NCBI GenBank assembly: GCA_052390515.1
Contig: JBQTGV010000058.1
Location: forward strand, 1-64,000
Reading direction: 5' to 3'
Source: Candidatus Eiseniibacteriota bacterium
GTDB lineage: Bacteria; ARS69
Length of the DNA: 64,000 nt
Part shown: positions 9,587 through 19,123 of the stretch, piece by piece
Numbering within the stretch: the stretch's first letter is position 1
Layout of the letters: each line of letters opens with the position of its first letter
Program-made: the position numbers and the translations under genes
Notes under the pieces: model-generated
Told to the model about the DNA's origin: nothing
Databases searched by the model: none
What the model saw: the letters and a program-made list of their open reading frames with translations, nothing else

Positions 9587-11104
9587 ATGCGCACCCCAGG
9601 CCTCGCGCTCGCCGCCGCCCTCACCTTCGTCGTGCCCGCCGTCGCCCAGCCGATCATCGACGACTTCGAGACGGGGACGATCCACCTCGCGTCGCCGGGG
9701 GGTGGAGTCGCTTCCGGTGCGGCGTCGGTCTCGTCGCCGGGCCACGCGATTGCGTCGTTTCGAAACGTGCAGGTCCTGTCGAAAGTCGCTGGAGGCCTTC
9801 CGACTCGCGCCGACCTCGACGCCTGGACGGTGGTCGACGACGCCCTCCGCATCACGATCCCTCCTGGTGGAGGAGACGCCTGGCTGTGGTGGTTGCCGGC
9901 CTCGCCCGTCGATCTCACGGAGGGAGGTCTGAACGACCGGATCGAGATCGCCTTCTCGGCGGTGACTGTGGGAGCCAGCCTGTTCTTCCAGATCTACGAC
10001 GCGGTCGGCGGAAGCTACGTGAGCTCTGCGCTCCCGCTCTCTGCCGGGGCGAACGTCATCCGCTTCGCCGATCTCACGCAGGCGCTGACCGTGGACCCGA
10101 CGCAGGTCATCCGCTTCCAGATCATCGTCAGTCACGACATCGCGAGCATGTTCGACCTGCGGGACATCCGCGCCATGCGCGACGAGTCGATCTGGCAGAA
10201 GCTCGAGATCATCGCGGAGTCGGCGGTGGGCCCACCGTACCCGCTCGAGGCGCTGCCCTTCCTGATGACCGACGAGGTGCCCTCGGACGTGCAGGCCGTC
10301 CGCCTGCTGGGCGCGGCGAAGATCACGTCCGGCGCGGACGCGGGACTCGCCGTCACGGGGGCGGATTCCGGCGGGGACACCGCCGCGGGCTTCGCCGGCG
10401 CGCTCACGTTCGAGTGGGACGAATCAGGGATGCCGTACGAGAGCACCGCCTTCGATCTCGAAGTCGGCATCTCGGCAGTCTCCGGGGTCGAACCCCACCC
10501 GTTCCTCTCCTCTCTGCCGGCGGTGACGTCCACGCCCACGGGATTCCTGCTGCAGGACGATGTCGAGTTCCGTGACGCTGGCGGCTCGAGCGTGCGGACG
10601 TCGCGACGGCAGATGCACGTGGACGCACTGCCCGGCCAGGCGCTGGCGTTCGGGGGAGTGCGCGTGCATGCCCTGGCGCCGGCGCGCGCCGCCGGCTCCG
10701 GATTCCGCGTCACCTTCGACGCCGCGGGTGCCGGCGGCGTGGACTCCGCCGAGCCGCTCTTCGAGGCGACCTTCACCGGAGACTGCCGGCCGGCCGGCTC
10801 GACCGGACTTCCCGAGACGGCGAACGCCGGCACCGTCCGCACGAACGAACTCGTCGCCTGGCCGAGCGTCACGCGCGGCGGGACCGAGTTCCGGCTGGCC
10901 GGCCCGGCGAACGCGGAGCTCCGCATCGAGCTCTTCGACGTCGCCGGCCGGCTCGTACGCCGCCTGCCGGTTCACCCCGGTGACATCACCCGGACCTGGG
11001 ACGGCCGCGGGTCGGACGGCCGCGTGGTGGCCGCGGGCGTCTACTTCGCCACGCTCTCCGGCGCGCCGGCCGGCAGCGCGGCACGCGTCGTCCGGATCCC
11101 GTGA
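9587..11104 (+). CDS. Secreted hypothetical protein with FlgD-Ig/T9SS-like C-terminal domain
   Basis: ATG 9587 after GAGAGGG; signal peptide MRTPGLALAAALTFVVPAVA; C-terminal 'LFDVAGRLVRRL...WDGRGSDGRVVAAGVYF'. Confidence 0.8.
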   Translation: MRTPGLALAAALTFVVPAVAQPIIDDFETGTIHLASPGGGVASGAASVSSPGHAIASFRNVQVLSKVAGGLPTRADLDAWTVVDDALRITIPPGGGDAWLWWLPASPVDLTEGGLNDRIEIAFSAVTVGASLFFQIYDAVGGSYVSSALPLSAGANVIRFADLTQALTVDPTQVIRFQIIVSHDIASMFDLRDIRAMRDESIWQKLEIIAESAVGPPYPLEALPFLMTDEVPSDVQAVRLLGAAKITSGADAGLAVTGADSGGDTAAGFAGALTFEWDESGMPYESTAFDLEVGISAVSGVEPHPFLSSLPAVTSTPTGFLLQDDVEFRDAGGSSVRTSRRQMHVDALPGQALAFGGVRVHALAPARAAGSGFRVTFDAAGAGGVDSAEPLFEATFTGDCRPAGSTGLPETANAGTVRTNELVAWPSVTRGGTEFRLAGPANAELRIELFDVAGRLVRRLPVHPGDITRTWDGRGSDGRVVAAGVYFATLSGAPAGSAARVVRIP

Positions 11105-11125
11105 CGTCCACCCACTGCGCACCCG

Positions 11126-13654
11126 TCAGGGGGACGGGTCTGCGGGGAGGGCCGCGCGGTACGCCGCGGCCTTCTCCGGCTTTCCCCACGCATCGTAGAT
11201 CTCGGCGAGCGCCTGGATCCCGTTGACCGACTCCACGTGCTCCTCTCCGAGCTGCGCGCGGTTGATCGCGAGCGCGCGCACGTAGAGGGACTCCGCGGCG
11301 GCGAAGTCGCGGCGCCGCGCCTCCAGCCCGGCGAGCCGGTTCAGGATGATGGCGACGTCGCGGTGCTCCTCGCCCACCGCGGCGCGCTGGGTGGCGAGCG
11401 CTTCTCGATACAGCACCGCCGCCTCGTCCGACCTGCCCAGCAGGTCGACGGCGCGAGCCAGGTCGCTCTGCGTGGTCGCGGTGTGGCGGTTGTCTTCGCC
11501 CGATGCTCGCCGGATGGACAGCGCCTCGCGCAGCAGGGGCTCCGCCGCGCTCCCGTCCGCCTGGCGCAGCAAGACGTTCGCCAAGCTTCCCAGCGCCTTG
11601 GCAACCTGCGGGTGGCGGTCGCCGAAGGACGAGCGCTGCGCGGCGAGGACCTTCCGGCCCACCTCCGCCGCGCGGTCGTGGTTCCCTCTCATCGAGAGCA
11701 CGTTCACCAGCGCGTCCAACGCGACGATCGTCGTGGGGTGTCCCTCGCCGAAGAGCTCGCGGGATTCCGCCGCGTTCGCCTCGAAGGCGGCCTGCGCTCC
11801 CGGGTAGTCGCCGCGATAATAGCGGATGGCGCCGAGCGTGTGCAGCATGGACAGGTAGATGTCGCGGTCGTCGCCGGCCAGCGGGCGAGCCGCCTCCAGG
11901 CCGCTGACCAGCACGGACTCCGCGGCGGCCAACTCGTCCCGGTCCCCCAGCACACCGGCCAGGTTCGACAGCGCCGTCAGCGTCTGCGCGTGACCAGGTC
12001 CGAGCGCCGCGCTCGCGCGTTCGTACTGCTCGCGGAATGCCGCCTCGGCCTCCTCGTAACGGCCCGTCTCGGCGAGCAGCAAGCCGAGATCGCCGAGGAC
12101 CTTCGCCTGCCCCTCGGCGTCCGCGGGGATCGTGCGCTGCACTTCCAGCGCCGCTCGCATCTGCTCCTCCGCGGCGTCGTAGCCGGCGAGCGCCCAGTAG
12201 GTGTTCCCCAGCGTCATGCGCAGCGCGACCTCCACGTCCGGCGTGCCCTCCAGGCCGCCCTCCAACTCCGCCGCGGCGCGGTCGAGCACCTCCACGACGG
12301 TCACCTCGCGATCGCCGTGGCGATGGGGATCAGGCGAGGACAGCATCCCCGTCACGAAGGTGTTGACCGCAGCGAGCTTCGCCGACTCCCGCTCGGCGAG
12401 CTCCCGCGCGCGATTCGCCTGCACGGCGAGCGTCGTGGAGACGACCGCCGCGGCGATCAGCACGACGAGCAGCGCGGCCGAGGCGAGGACCACGCCCCGG
12501 TTCCGGCGCGCGAACTTGCGGAACTGGTACGCGGCCCCGGCCGGCCGCGCGACGACCGGCTGGTCGGCGAGGTACCGCCGGATATCGGCGGCGAGCTCCG
12601 ACGCCGACTGGTAGCGCCGCTCGCGGTCCTTCTCCAGCGCCTTGGCGAGGATGGTCTCGACGTCACCGCGCAGCCGCGCGTCGACTGAGCCCAGCGGCCT
12701 CGCGTCCTCGTCCCGGATGATCCGCGCCGCCTCTGGGACGGAGCGGCCATGCAGTGAATAGGGCAGCTCGCCGGCGAGCAGCCACCAGCCGAGCACGCCG
12801 AGCGAGTACACGTCGGAGCGCGCGTCGAGCTGCGCCGAATCGCCAGCCACCTGCTCCGGGCTCATGAACGGTACCGTCCCGAGCAACTGGCCCACCTCGG
12901 TCCGGATGCTCGCCGTCTCGAGATCCGGCTCCGTCGCTCGGGCCACTCCGAAATCGAGGATCTTGGGCCGCACCGCGTCTTCGCCCCCGGCTCCTTCGCC
13001 CACCGTCTCGCCGCGCTGAACGACGACGTTGCCGGGCTTCAAGTCGCGGTGGACGACTCCGTGGACGTGCGCGTGATGCACCGCGTCGGCCAGGTGCGCC
13101 AGGAGCCGCAGGCGCTGCCGAGTTCCGGGCGAACGTCGGACGATCCACTCGTCGAGCCGCTCGCCCTCGACGTACTCCATGACGAGGTAGGGGCGCTGCT
13201 CCGCGACTCCGCCCTCGGCGATCTCGGTCACGCCGGCGCCGTGGATCTGCGCGATCCCGGAGTGCTTCAGCCGCCCCAGCAGATCCGCCTCGTGCTCGAA
13301 GCGGCGCAGCAGCGCGGGTGCCGCGCCCCCCGGGCGAAGCACCTTGATGGCGACGCGCCGACGCGGCCGGTCCTGCTCGGCGAGGTACACGATGCCCATG
13401 CCGCCGCGACCCAGCTCGCGGAGGATCCGGAACGGCCCGATCCGCTCCGGCATGGACACCGCAGAGTGTGCGGGCGAACCCGTAGGGCGGAGACTTCGCG
13501 CGTCCCCGGCCAGCTCGAGGTTCTGCGACACCTCATCGAGAACCGCGCGGCAGCTCGGGCAGGCGGCCAGGTGAGCCTCGACCGGCCCCCGCGAGTCCGC
13601 GTCGAGCGTGCCGGATACGTAGCTCTCGAGCTGCTCCAGTCCGAGACAGGACAC
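11126..13654 (-). CDS. Ser/Thr kinase with N-terminal zf-HC2 (zinc anti-sigma-like) domain, TM segment and TPR repeats
   Basis: N-terminal HLAACPSC (HxxxCxxC); LGRGGMGIVY, HRDLKPGN, DFG, MSPEQ; TPRs; GTG start after GGAGG. Confidence 0.92.
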   Translation of the reverse strand: MSCLGLEQLESYVSGTLDADSRGPVEAHLAACPSCRAVLDEVSQNLELAGDARSLRPTGSPAHSAVSMPERIGPFRILRELGRGGMGIVYLAEQDRPRRRVAIKVLRPGGAAPALLRRFEHEADLLGRLKHSGIAQIHGAGVTEIAEGGVAEQRPYLVMEYVEGERLDEWIVRRSPGTRQRLRLLAHLADAVHHAHVHGVVHRDLKPGNVVVQRGETVGEGAGGEDAVRPKILDFGVARATEPDLETASIRTEVGQLLGTVPFMSPEQVAGDSAQLDARSDVYSLGVLGWWLLAGELPYSLHGRSVPEAARIIRDEDARPLGSVDARLRGDVETILAKALEKDRERRYQSASELAADIRRYLADQPVVARPAGAAYQFRKFARRNRGVVLASAALLVVLIAAAVVSTTLAVQANRARELAERESAKLAAVNTFVTGMLSSPDPHRHGDREVTVVEVLDRAAAELEGGLEGTPDVEVALRMTLGNTYWALAGYDAAEEQMRAALEVQRTIPADAEGQAKVLGDLGLLLAETGRYEEAEAAFREQYERASAALGPGHAQTLTALSNLAGVLGDRDELAAAESVLVSGLEAARPLAGDDRDIYLSMLHTLGAIRYYRGDYPGAQAAFEANAAESRELFGEGHPTTIVALDALVNVLSMRGNHDRAAEVGRKVLAAQRSSFGDRHPQVAKALGSLANVLLRQADGSAAEPLLREALSIRRASGEDNRHTATTQSDLARAVDLLGRSDEAAVLYREALATQRAAVGEEHRDVAIILNRLAGLEARRRDFAAAESLYVRALAINRAQLGEEHVESVNGIQALAEIYDAWGKPEKAAAYRAALPADPSP

Positions 13655-13690
13655 GTCGACCTCCGTCTTCTCCGGGAAACCCGCGATCCC

Positions 13691-14314
13691 TCACGCTTTG
13701 GATTCGCGGATCGGCCCCGGTTTCTCGTCTTGCAGCTCGCCGAGCTCGGCGATCAGCTCGCGCACCCGCCGCAGCACGCGATGCTTCGTGCCGTAGACCG
13801 CCTCGACGGGAAGCTCGAGCGCCTTCGCCGCATCGGCCGGCGAGCGGTCCTCCAGGACCACGAGCTCGAAGACCCGGAACGCGGAGGCGTCGAACTCCGC
13901 CCGCGCGCGCTCGATGCCCTTTTCCAGGAGGTGCCGGCTCCACAGGCGGTCCCAGACGTCCACGACGGCGGCCTCGTCCATGGATCCCTTCGGCTCGGCG
14001 CCCTCGGGGAGGGCGGGCGCCGGCGGATCGTGCGCGTCGCGGCGCCTCTGGCGGAGGGCCTGCTTGTAGGCGATTCCGAAGAGCCAGCGGCTCAGGCGGC
14101 CAGACGCCCTGTCGTATTTGCCGCCGCGGTATGCCTCGGCGAACGCGAGCAGCGTGTTCTGGGCGACGTCTTCGCAGTCCGCAGGAGCCACGCCCACCTG
14201 CCGCACGAAGCTCGCGATGGGAGGGCGAAAACGTTCGACGAGCCGGTCCCAGGCCCCGCGATTCGAGTAATCGCGGAGGTCGTGCAGGATCGTCGTCGTC
14301 GTGAGCCAGTCCAC
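13691..14314 (-). CDS. ECF sigma-70 family sigma factor
   Basis: 'TTTTILHDL...AWDRLVERFRPPI...DCEDVAQ...GRLSRWLFGIA' and region 4 'VEAVYGTKHRVLRRVRE'; GTG start at 14314 inferred. Confidence 0.88.
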   Translation of the reverse strand: MDWLTTTTILHDLRDYSNRGAWDRLVERFRPPIASFVRQVGVAPADCEDVAQNTLLAFAEAYRGGKYDRASGRLSRWLFGIAYKQALRQRRRDAHDPPAPALPEGAEPKGSMDEAAVVDVWDRLWSRHLLEKGIERARAEFDASAFRVFELVVLEDRSPADAAKALELPVEAVYGTKHRVLRRVRELIAELGELQDEKPGPIRESKA

Positions 14315-14374
14315 GGGGGCCTCCGGGCGGACTCTAAGGGAGCCGGGCCGCCGGTGGCGAGAGGGGCCGGCCTC

Positions 14375-14403
14375 GTGAAGATCCGGACCCCCAAGAGCGA
14401 ATA
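14375..14403 (+). promoter_or_regulatory. Putative ECF-type promoter for the 14473 gene
   Basis: GTGAAGATCCGGA-N10-CGAATA aligns without gaps to GTGTGAATCCGGA-N10-CGTTCT at 19014-19042; lies divergent from an ECF gene. Confidence 0.4.
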
Positions 14404-14472
14404 CGGGCAAGCAGGCGACCGGCGGGCGCGGGAAGACCGCGCGGGGCGGCCGCCCCCACCCGGAGTGTTTCC

Positions 14473-16695
14473 ATGCGCTGGATCGGTTCCTCGAAGGGTA
14501 GTGCGTCCGTTTCGCTCGTTGCGGCGGCAACGTGGCTCGCTATGGCCTCGCCTGCGCGCGCGGCCTCGGACTGGAACATCTTCCTCGGCGCCGAAGCGAC
14601 GCTCGACACCGGCGGGATCGTCCGCGGCATCGTGACCGACGGCCCCTACACGTTCGTGGCGAATGACACGGACTTTCGCATCTACGATCACGGTGACCCC
14701 GGCAATCCGGTGCAGATCGGCGGGCTACCGATCGCCGCGCAGGCGGTGGCGTACCGCGCCGCCAGCGGTTGGCTCGTCGTGGCCGACGTGACGAGCGTGC
14801 ACCTCGCGGACGTGTCGAACCCCGCGGCCCCGGCCGTCTTCGACACGCAGCCGGTCCTGGGTGGCGTATCGAACCTGCAGTTCTCCGACGACGGGCTGTT
14901 CGTGCTCGGGGCGGGCGGCAACAACGTCCACCGGTGGGACGTGGATTCGTTCGGCCTGTTCAACCTGCAGACGATGACGCTTCCCGTGGCCACGACGGAT
15001 CTCGACGTCAGCGGCAACCTCGCCGCGGTCGGCACCACGCAGGGACTCACGATGCTCGACCTAAGCAACCTCACCATTCTCGATGAGGTCCTTGACTCGT
15101 CCTACGACTGGGCGTGGGTGAGCCCCCAATTCTTTACTGGGGCAGGATCGAGCGGCGGCATCAACTTCTACAACGCGACCGTTCCGACCCAGCTATCACT
15201 CGTCCAGACGATCGAACCGGGTACGACCTTCAACCTCGTGGATATGGCGCAGAACGGCGTGCTCGCGGCCGCCGACGCCGGGTTCGGCCTTCTCCGCACG
15301 TACGACGTCCAAGATCCATTCGCTCCGGTTCAGCTCGGCTCGGCGAGGCTGCCCGGCGTCACGGAGCAGCTCGTCGCCTCTAACGACGGGCGCGTCGTCG
15401 CCGGCGCGGGTTCAGGACTCGTAATAATCCACGCCTCGGGCCCGGACGGCCTTGATCTGGAGGGCACCCTGAGCCTCGGCGCGTCGCCCACCTCCGCTGT
15501 GCACGACCCCACGAATCGGCTCCTGCATGTCGGGTCGAGCGACGGTACCATCATCACCTTCGACACCACGGACCCCGCGAACCCCACGACCGTCGGGACG
15601 TTCTCGACGGGCCAGTTCATCCTCGAGCTCAGCAAGGTCGCGAATGCCTTGTACGTGCGTAACTTCAATGGGCTGCTCGCGCTCGACTACACGAATGCGG
15701 TCACTCCCTTTCTCATAAGGAGCTTCACGGGCCTCACCGGCGACATCGACGCCGACGGCGACCGCCTCGTGCGTGCTCGGACTGACGTGCCCATCGTGGA
15801 GATCTTCCACGGCGCCGATGCTCCGCTCACCGTCGGCATACAGACCGTTTCGGTCTCCGGTTTCGCCCAGGCCATCGACCTTCGCGGGACGGAGATCCTG
15901 GCCGCCGTCGGGGCGGCAGGCATCCGGCACATCGACTTCACGAGCGGGGTGGTCATGACGACGTATCCTGCGTATCCCTTCATGAGCGACGTCGACTTCC
16001 TCGGATCCGTCTCCGGGACTGATTACGCGACTTGGGCGAACGGCGCCCGGAGCTACTACTTCGACCTGAGCAGCGGCGTGGAGATCGACCTAATGGACCT
16101 CCATGCGTTCGTGTCCGCATGGGCCGCGTCTCTTCCTGGCGCTCTTCCTGGCGCTCTGCGCAGCGCCGGTGCCACGCCGGTATACCTCTACGGAACGTCG
16201 CCGCAGGGTTCGATCTTCGTGCTCGACGTGACCGATCCGTCGGATGTGTCCTTCGTGGGCGAGTACACGCAGCCGGGATTCACGCCGCAGTTCGCCGTTC
16301 CTTCGGACGAGGTCGTGTACGTCGGGGACAATTCCGCAGGCGGCCGGCTGGTGATCCTTCCGGCCCACGCGGCCGGCAGCGCGACGGGCGCCGCGGACGT
16401 GGCCGTGCCGGCTGCATCGGGAAACCTGCTCGGCGCGGCTTGGCCGAACCCGTTCGCCGCCTCGACGACCGTTCCTTTCACGGTGAGGCGGACCTCGGTG
16501 GTGAATCTCTCGGTCTTCGACGTGACCGGGCGGCTCGTGAGGACGCTCGCTTCAGGCGGTTTCTCCGCCGGCGAGCACGTCACGTCCTGGGACGGCCAGG
16601 ACGGCTCGGGACGGCCGGCGGCCGCCGGCGTCTACTTCGTCCGCCTCGATGCGGGCGAGGACGCCGCGACTCGCCGGATCGTCCGGCTGCGGTGA
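14473..16695 (+). CDS. Secreted LVIVD-like beta-propeller protein with FlgD-Ig/T9SS-like C-terminal domain
   Basis: Signal peptide; repeats such as DVSNPAAP, DVQDPFAPVQLG, DVTDPSDVSFVG; C-terminal 'PNPF...VFDVTGRLVRTL...WDGQDGSG...AGVYFVRL'. Confidence 0.8.
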   Translation: MRWIGSSKGSASVSLVAAATWLAMASPARAASDWNIFLGAEATLDTGGIVRGIVTDGPYTFVANDTDFRIYDHGDPGNPVQIGGLPIAAQAVAYRAASGWLVVADVTSVHLADVSNPAAPAVFDTQPVLGGVSNLQFSDDGLFVLGAGGNNVHRWDVDSFGLFNLQTMTLPVATTDLDVSGNLAAVGTTQGLTMLDLSNLTILDEVLDSSYDWAWVSPQFFTGAGSSGGINFYNATVPTQLSLVQTIEPGTTFNLVDMAQNGVLAAADAGFGLLRTYDVQDPFAPVQLGSARLPGVTEQLVASNDGRVVAGAGSGLVIIHASGPDGLDLEGTLSLGASPTSAVHDPTNRLLHVGSSDGTIITFDTTDPANPTTVGTFSTGQFILELSKVANALYVRNFNGLLALDYTNAVTPFLIRSFTGLTGDIDADGDRLVRARTDVPIVEIFHGADAPLTVGIQTVSVSGFAQAIDLRGTEILAAVGAAGIRHIDFTSGVVMTTYPAYPFMSDVDFLGSVSGTDYATWANGARSYYFDLSSGVEIDLMDLHAFVSAWAASLPGALPGALRSAGATPVYLYGTSPQGSIFVLDVTDPSDVSFVGEYTQPGFTPQFAVPSDEVVYVGDNSAGGRLVILPAHAAGSATGAADVAVPAASGNLLGAAWPNPFAASTTVPFTVRRTSVVNLSVFDVTGRLVRTLASGGFSAGEHVTSWDGQDGSGRPAAAGVYFVRLDAGEDAATRRIVRLR

Positions 16696-16699
16696 TCCA

Positions 16700-18373
16700 T
16701 CAGCGCGCCGCGTGTCTGAGCGTCAGCTCGTGGAGCCAGATGCGGCCCGGCGCCGCGTCGGCCAGCATCCGCGCGGTGGCGAAGACGTCGTCACCGGGAT
16801 GAGACTCGGCGGGGGCTGGCAGCCGCGCCAGCGAGGTGATGCCGCGGTAGAGATCGACGCCGGAGCCGGGGGGAAGCGGCACGGCGAGCGCCCCCGGCGC
16901 GGGACGAGGCAGCCGCTCCAGCGCGCGTTCGAACTCGCGGAGCGGCGCTTCGGCCGCGACGACGAGGAAGCGCTCGGTGCCGCCCTCGGTGCCGACGACC
17001 CAGCCGAGCGGCTCGGCCCGGCCGGCGAAGCTGCCGGGGAGGTCGACTTCGCGGCCGGCGCTCACCGGATTCGAGAGGGTGAGCCCCGGCAGCGGGAAGA
17101 GCAACGCGAGCGCCCCGCGGTCGTCGGCATTCAGCACGTACACGTGGCAGTCGCGGGCCGGGTCGAGGCGAAGGTGCAGCACGTCGCCGACGCGCACCGG
17201 ATCTCCGGAGACGAGCGGCTCCCATGCGGACGCGCGCAGCCAGCGAGCGTCGGCGACCAGCGCGGGTGGCGGTGTGGCTTCGCCGCGAAGCAGCACGAAG
17301 GCGACCGCGACGGCAACCGCGGCGACGCCGGCCGCGGCGACGAGCCGCACCGGCCGCGCCGTGGCCCGCACGAGCGCCCCCCCGAGCTCCCGCGCGGTGG
17401 CGAAGCGCGCCACGGACATGGGAGAAACCGCTCGCTCGATCGTCGCCGCGAGGCGCGGGGGGAAGTCCGCGCGGGCGCCGCGCAGCGAGAGACGCCGCCC
17501 CGCGGCGTGCGCTTCGAGCAGGGCGTGGCGCGTGTCGCCCTCCACGGGGAACCGGCCGGTGGCCAGGTGGAAGAGCAGCACGCCGAGCGAGTACACGTCA
17601 TCGCGCGGCGAAGGGGCGGTGCCGCCGGAGAGCGCCTCGGGCGGCGCGTACAGCGGGGTGAGCGCCGCGCGTTCGCCGCCGGATCCGCGCCCGCGTGAGC
17701 CCGCGCCGAAGTCCACGAGCACGACGCGCCCGTCCGCGCGCTTGGACACGTTCTGCGCCTTCACGTCACCGTGCACGAGGTCCCGGGCGTGAACCGCGTC
17801 GAGCGCCGCGCACAGCTCCCGGCCGATCCGCGCGACCTCGCGGGGGGGCAGCGGCCCCTCCCGCCGGAGCACCGCGTCGAGCCCCGAGCCCTCCACGAAC
17901 TCCATCCAGATTCCGGGGCGGCCGTCGCGCGTGGCCGCCCCGTACACGCGGGCCACGCCCGGATGATCCACCTGCGCGAGCAGACGCGCCTCCTCGAGTA
18001 TCCGCTCCGCGGCGCCGGAACTGCCGTCGTCCCGCAGCAGCTTGAGCGCCGCGGGCCGGTTCAGCGCCGGATCCCACGCGCGATAGACGTCGCCGAACGC
18101 GCCTTCGCCCACCTTCTCGAGGATGCGAAGCTCGCCCCACGACGCCGGCTGCGCGGCTGCAGCGTCCGGCCCCATGGATGCCGCGCCGGCGACCGACCCG
18201 GCGGCGGCGGCGCCTCCGGGGCCGCGGTGGAACTCGCTCAGCCTGGACAGCGCGATGAGGTTCGCCACCACCGCCGAGCGCGAGCCCTCACCGAACCCGG
18301 AGGCGTCGGGCACTGCCCGTCCCTCGGCGATCGCATCGGCCAGGCGTTCGACCTCCTCCTCGTCACTCCGCAT
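16700..18373 (-). CDS. Ser/Thr kinase with TM segment and extracytoplasmic DUF4384-like domain
   Basis: VGEGAFGDVY, ALK, HGDVKAQN, DFG; TM AAAGVAAVAVAVAFVLL; 'VRVGDVLHLRL...HVYVLN...LLFP...GTERFLVVAA' DUF4384-type pattern. Confidence 0.88.
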   Translation of the reverse strand: MRSDEEEVERLADAIAEGRAVPDASGFGEGSRSAVVANLIALSRLSEFHRGPGGAAAAGSVAGAASMGPDAAAAQPASWGELRILEKVGEGAFGDVYRAWDPALNRPAALKLLRDDGSSGAAERILEEARLLAQVDHPGVARVYGAATRDGRPGIWMEFVEGSGLDAVLRREGPLPPREVARIGRELCAALDAVHARDLVHGDVKAQNVSKRADGRVVLVDFGAGSRGRGSGGERAALTPLYAPPEALSGGTAPSPRDDVYSLGVLLFHLATGRFPVEGDTRHALLEAHAAGRRLSLRGARADFPPRLAATIERAVSPMSVARFATARELGGALVRATARPVRLVAAAGVAAVAVAVAFVLLRGEATPPPALVADARWLRASAWEPLVSGDPVRVGDVLHLRLDPARDCHVYVLNADDRGALALLFPLPGLTLSNPVSAGREVDLPGSFAGRAEPLGWVVGTEGGTERFLVVAAEAPLREFERALERLPRPAPGALAVPLPPGSGVDLYRGITSLARLPAPAESHPGDDVFATARMLADAAPGRIWLHELTLRHAAR

Positions 18374-18926
18374 CGCCCATCTCCTCGGCCAGGCGGATCA
18401 GCGCCCGCTTCACCTTCATTCGTGCCGCGTGCGCCGACGCGCTGCCCAGCAGGTCCGCGATCTCGTCGTACTCGCAGTGCATCTCGATCCGCGCCACGAC
18501 AGCCTCCCGGTCGGAGTCCGAGAGCCGTTCGAGCGCCGCTTCGTAGCGCTCCAGGGTCTCCTTCCCGATCACCTCCGCGAGCGGAGAGGCGGCCGGCGGC
18601 GGAGGCTGGACCTCGCCGAGCGCGCGTTCGCCGACGTCCCGCCGGCGGATCTGGTCCCGGATCCGGTTCGTCACCGCCTGACGCAGGTAGGCGAAGAACG
18701 CCCCGCTTCCATCCGGCCGGAACGACTGCAAGTGCCGCAGCGACTGCACCACCGCGTCCTGCACGACGTCCTCGGTGTCGAGCAGGGACCGTGCACTGCC
18801 CGGCAGACGGCCTGTCGCCCAGCGAGTGAGCCGCGGCACCAGCCTCCGGCACAGGCTGTCCAGCGCCTGATCGTCTCCGGACTTCGCCCGATTCAGCAGG
18901 AGCGAGGTCGTCTCCCCGGTCTTCAT
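18363..18926 (-). CDS. ECF sigma-70 family sigma factor (kinase-associated), paralogue of 165..767
   Basis: 'LTRWATGRLP...DTEDVVQD...FFAYLRQAVTNRIRD'; region 4 'LERLSDSDREAV...YDEIA'; overlaps the kinase start. Confidence 0.9.
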   Translation of the reverse strand: MKTGETTSLLLNRAKSGDDQALDSLCRRLVPRLTRWATGRLPGSARSLLDTEDVVQDAVVQSLRHLQSFRPDGSGAFFAYLRQAVTNRIRDQIRRRDVGERALGEVQPPPPAASPLAEVIGKETLERYEAALERLSDSDREAVVARIEMHCEYDEIADLLGSASAHAARMKVKRALIRLAEEMGDAE

Positions 18927-18975
18927 GCCCGGAATCCTAGCACCGAGCGCCGGAGGGATCGTCCCGGATCCACTC

Positions 18976-19006
18976 CCAGAACGAGCGAGGCGGCGCGAAT
19001 TCACAC
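18976..19006 (-). promoter_or_regulatory. Putative ECF promoter facing the ECF gene (autoregulatory)
   Basis: Minus strand reads GTGTGAAT-N15-CGTTCTGG, with the same boxes and spacing as the plus-strand copy. Confidence 0.7.
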
Positions 19007-19013
19007 CGCCGGC

Positions 19014-19044
19014 GTGTGAATCCGGAGGGAGCTCTTCGTTCTGG
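19014..19044 (+). promoter_or_regulatory. Putative ECF promoter facing the small protein-S8-CHAT operon
   Basis: GTGTGAAT-N15-CGTTCTGG; the CGT-type -10 box is typical of ECF promoters. Confidence 0.7.
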
Positions 19045-19123
19045 AGTTGTTCCCCGGCGGGGGTCGCCGAGACTGGCCACGGCGGCCGCCGCCTCCCTAC
19101 CACGCACCACCGGGAGACTCGAA

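Noticed and set aside
16130-16157. Short in-frame tandem duplications (LPGA x2; also APSAG x2 near 37346-37378)
   Set aside because: Slippage repeats in low-complexity, linker-like segments that preserve the frame; no sign of phase variation
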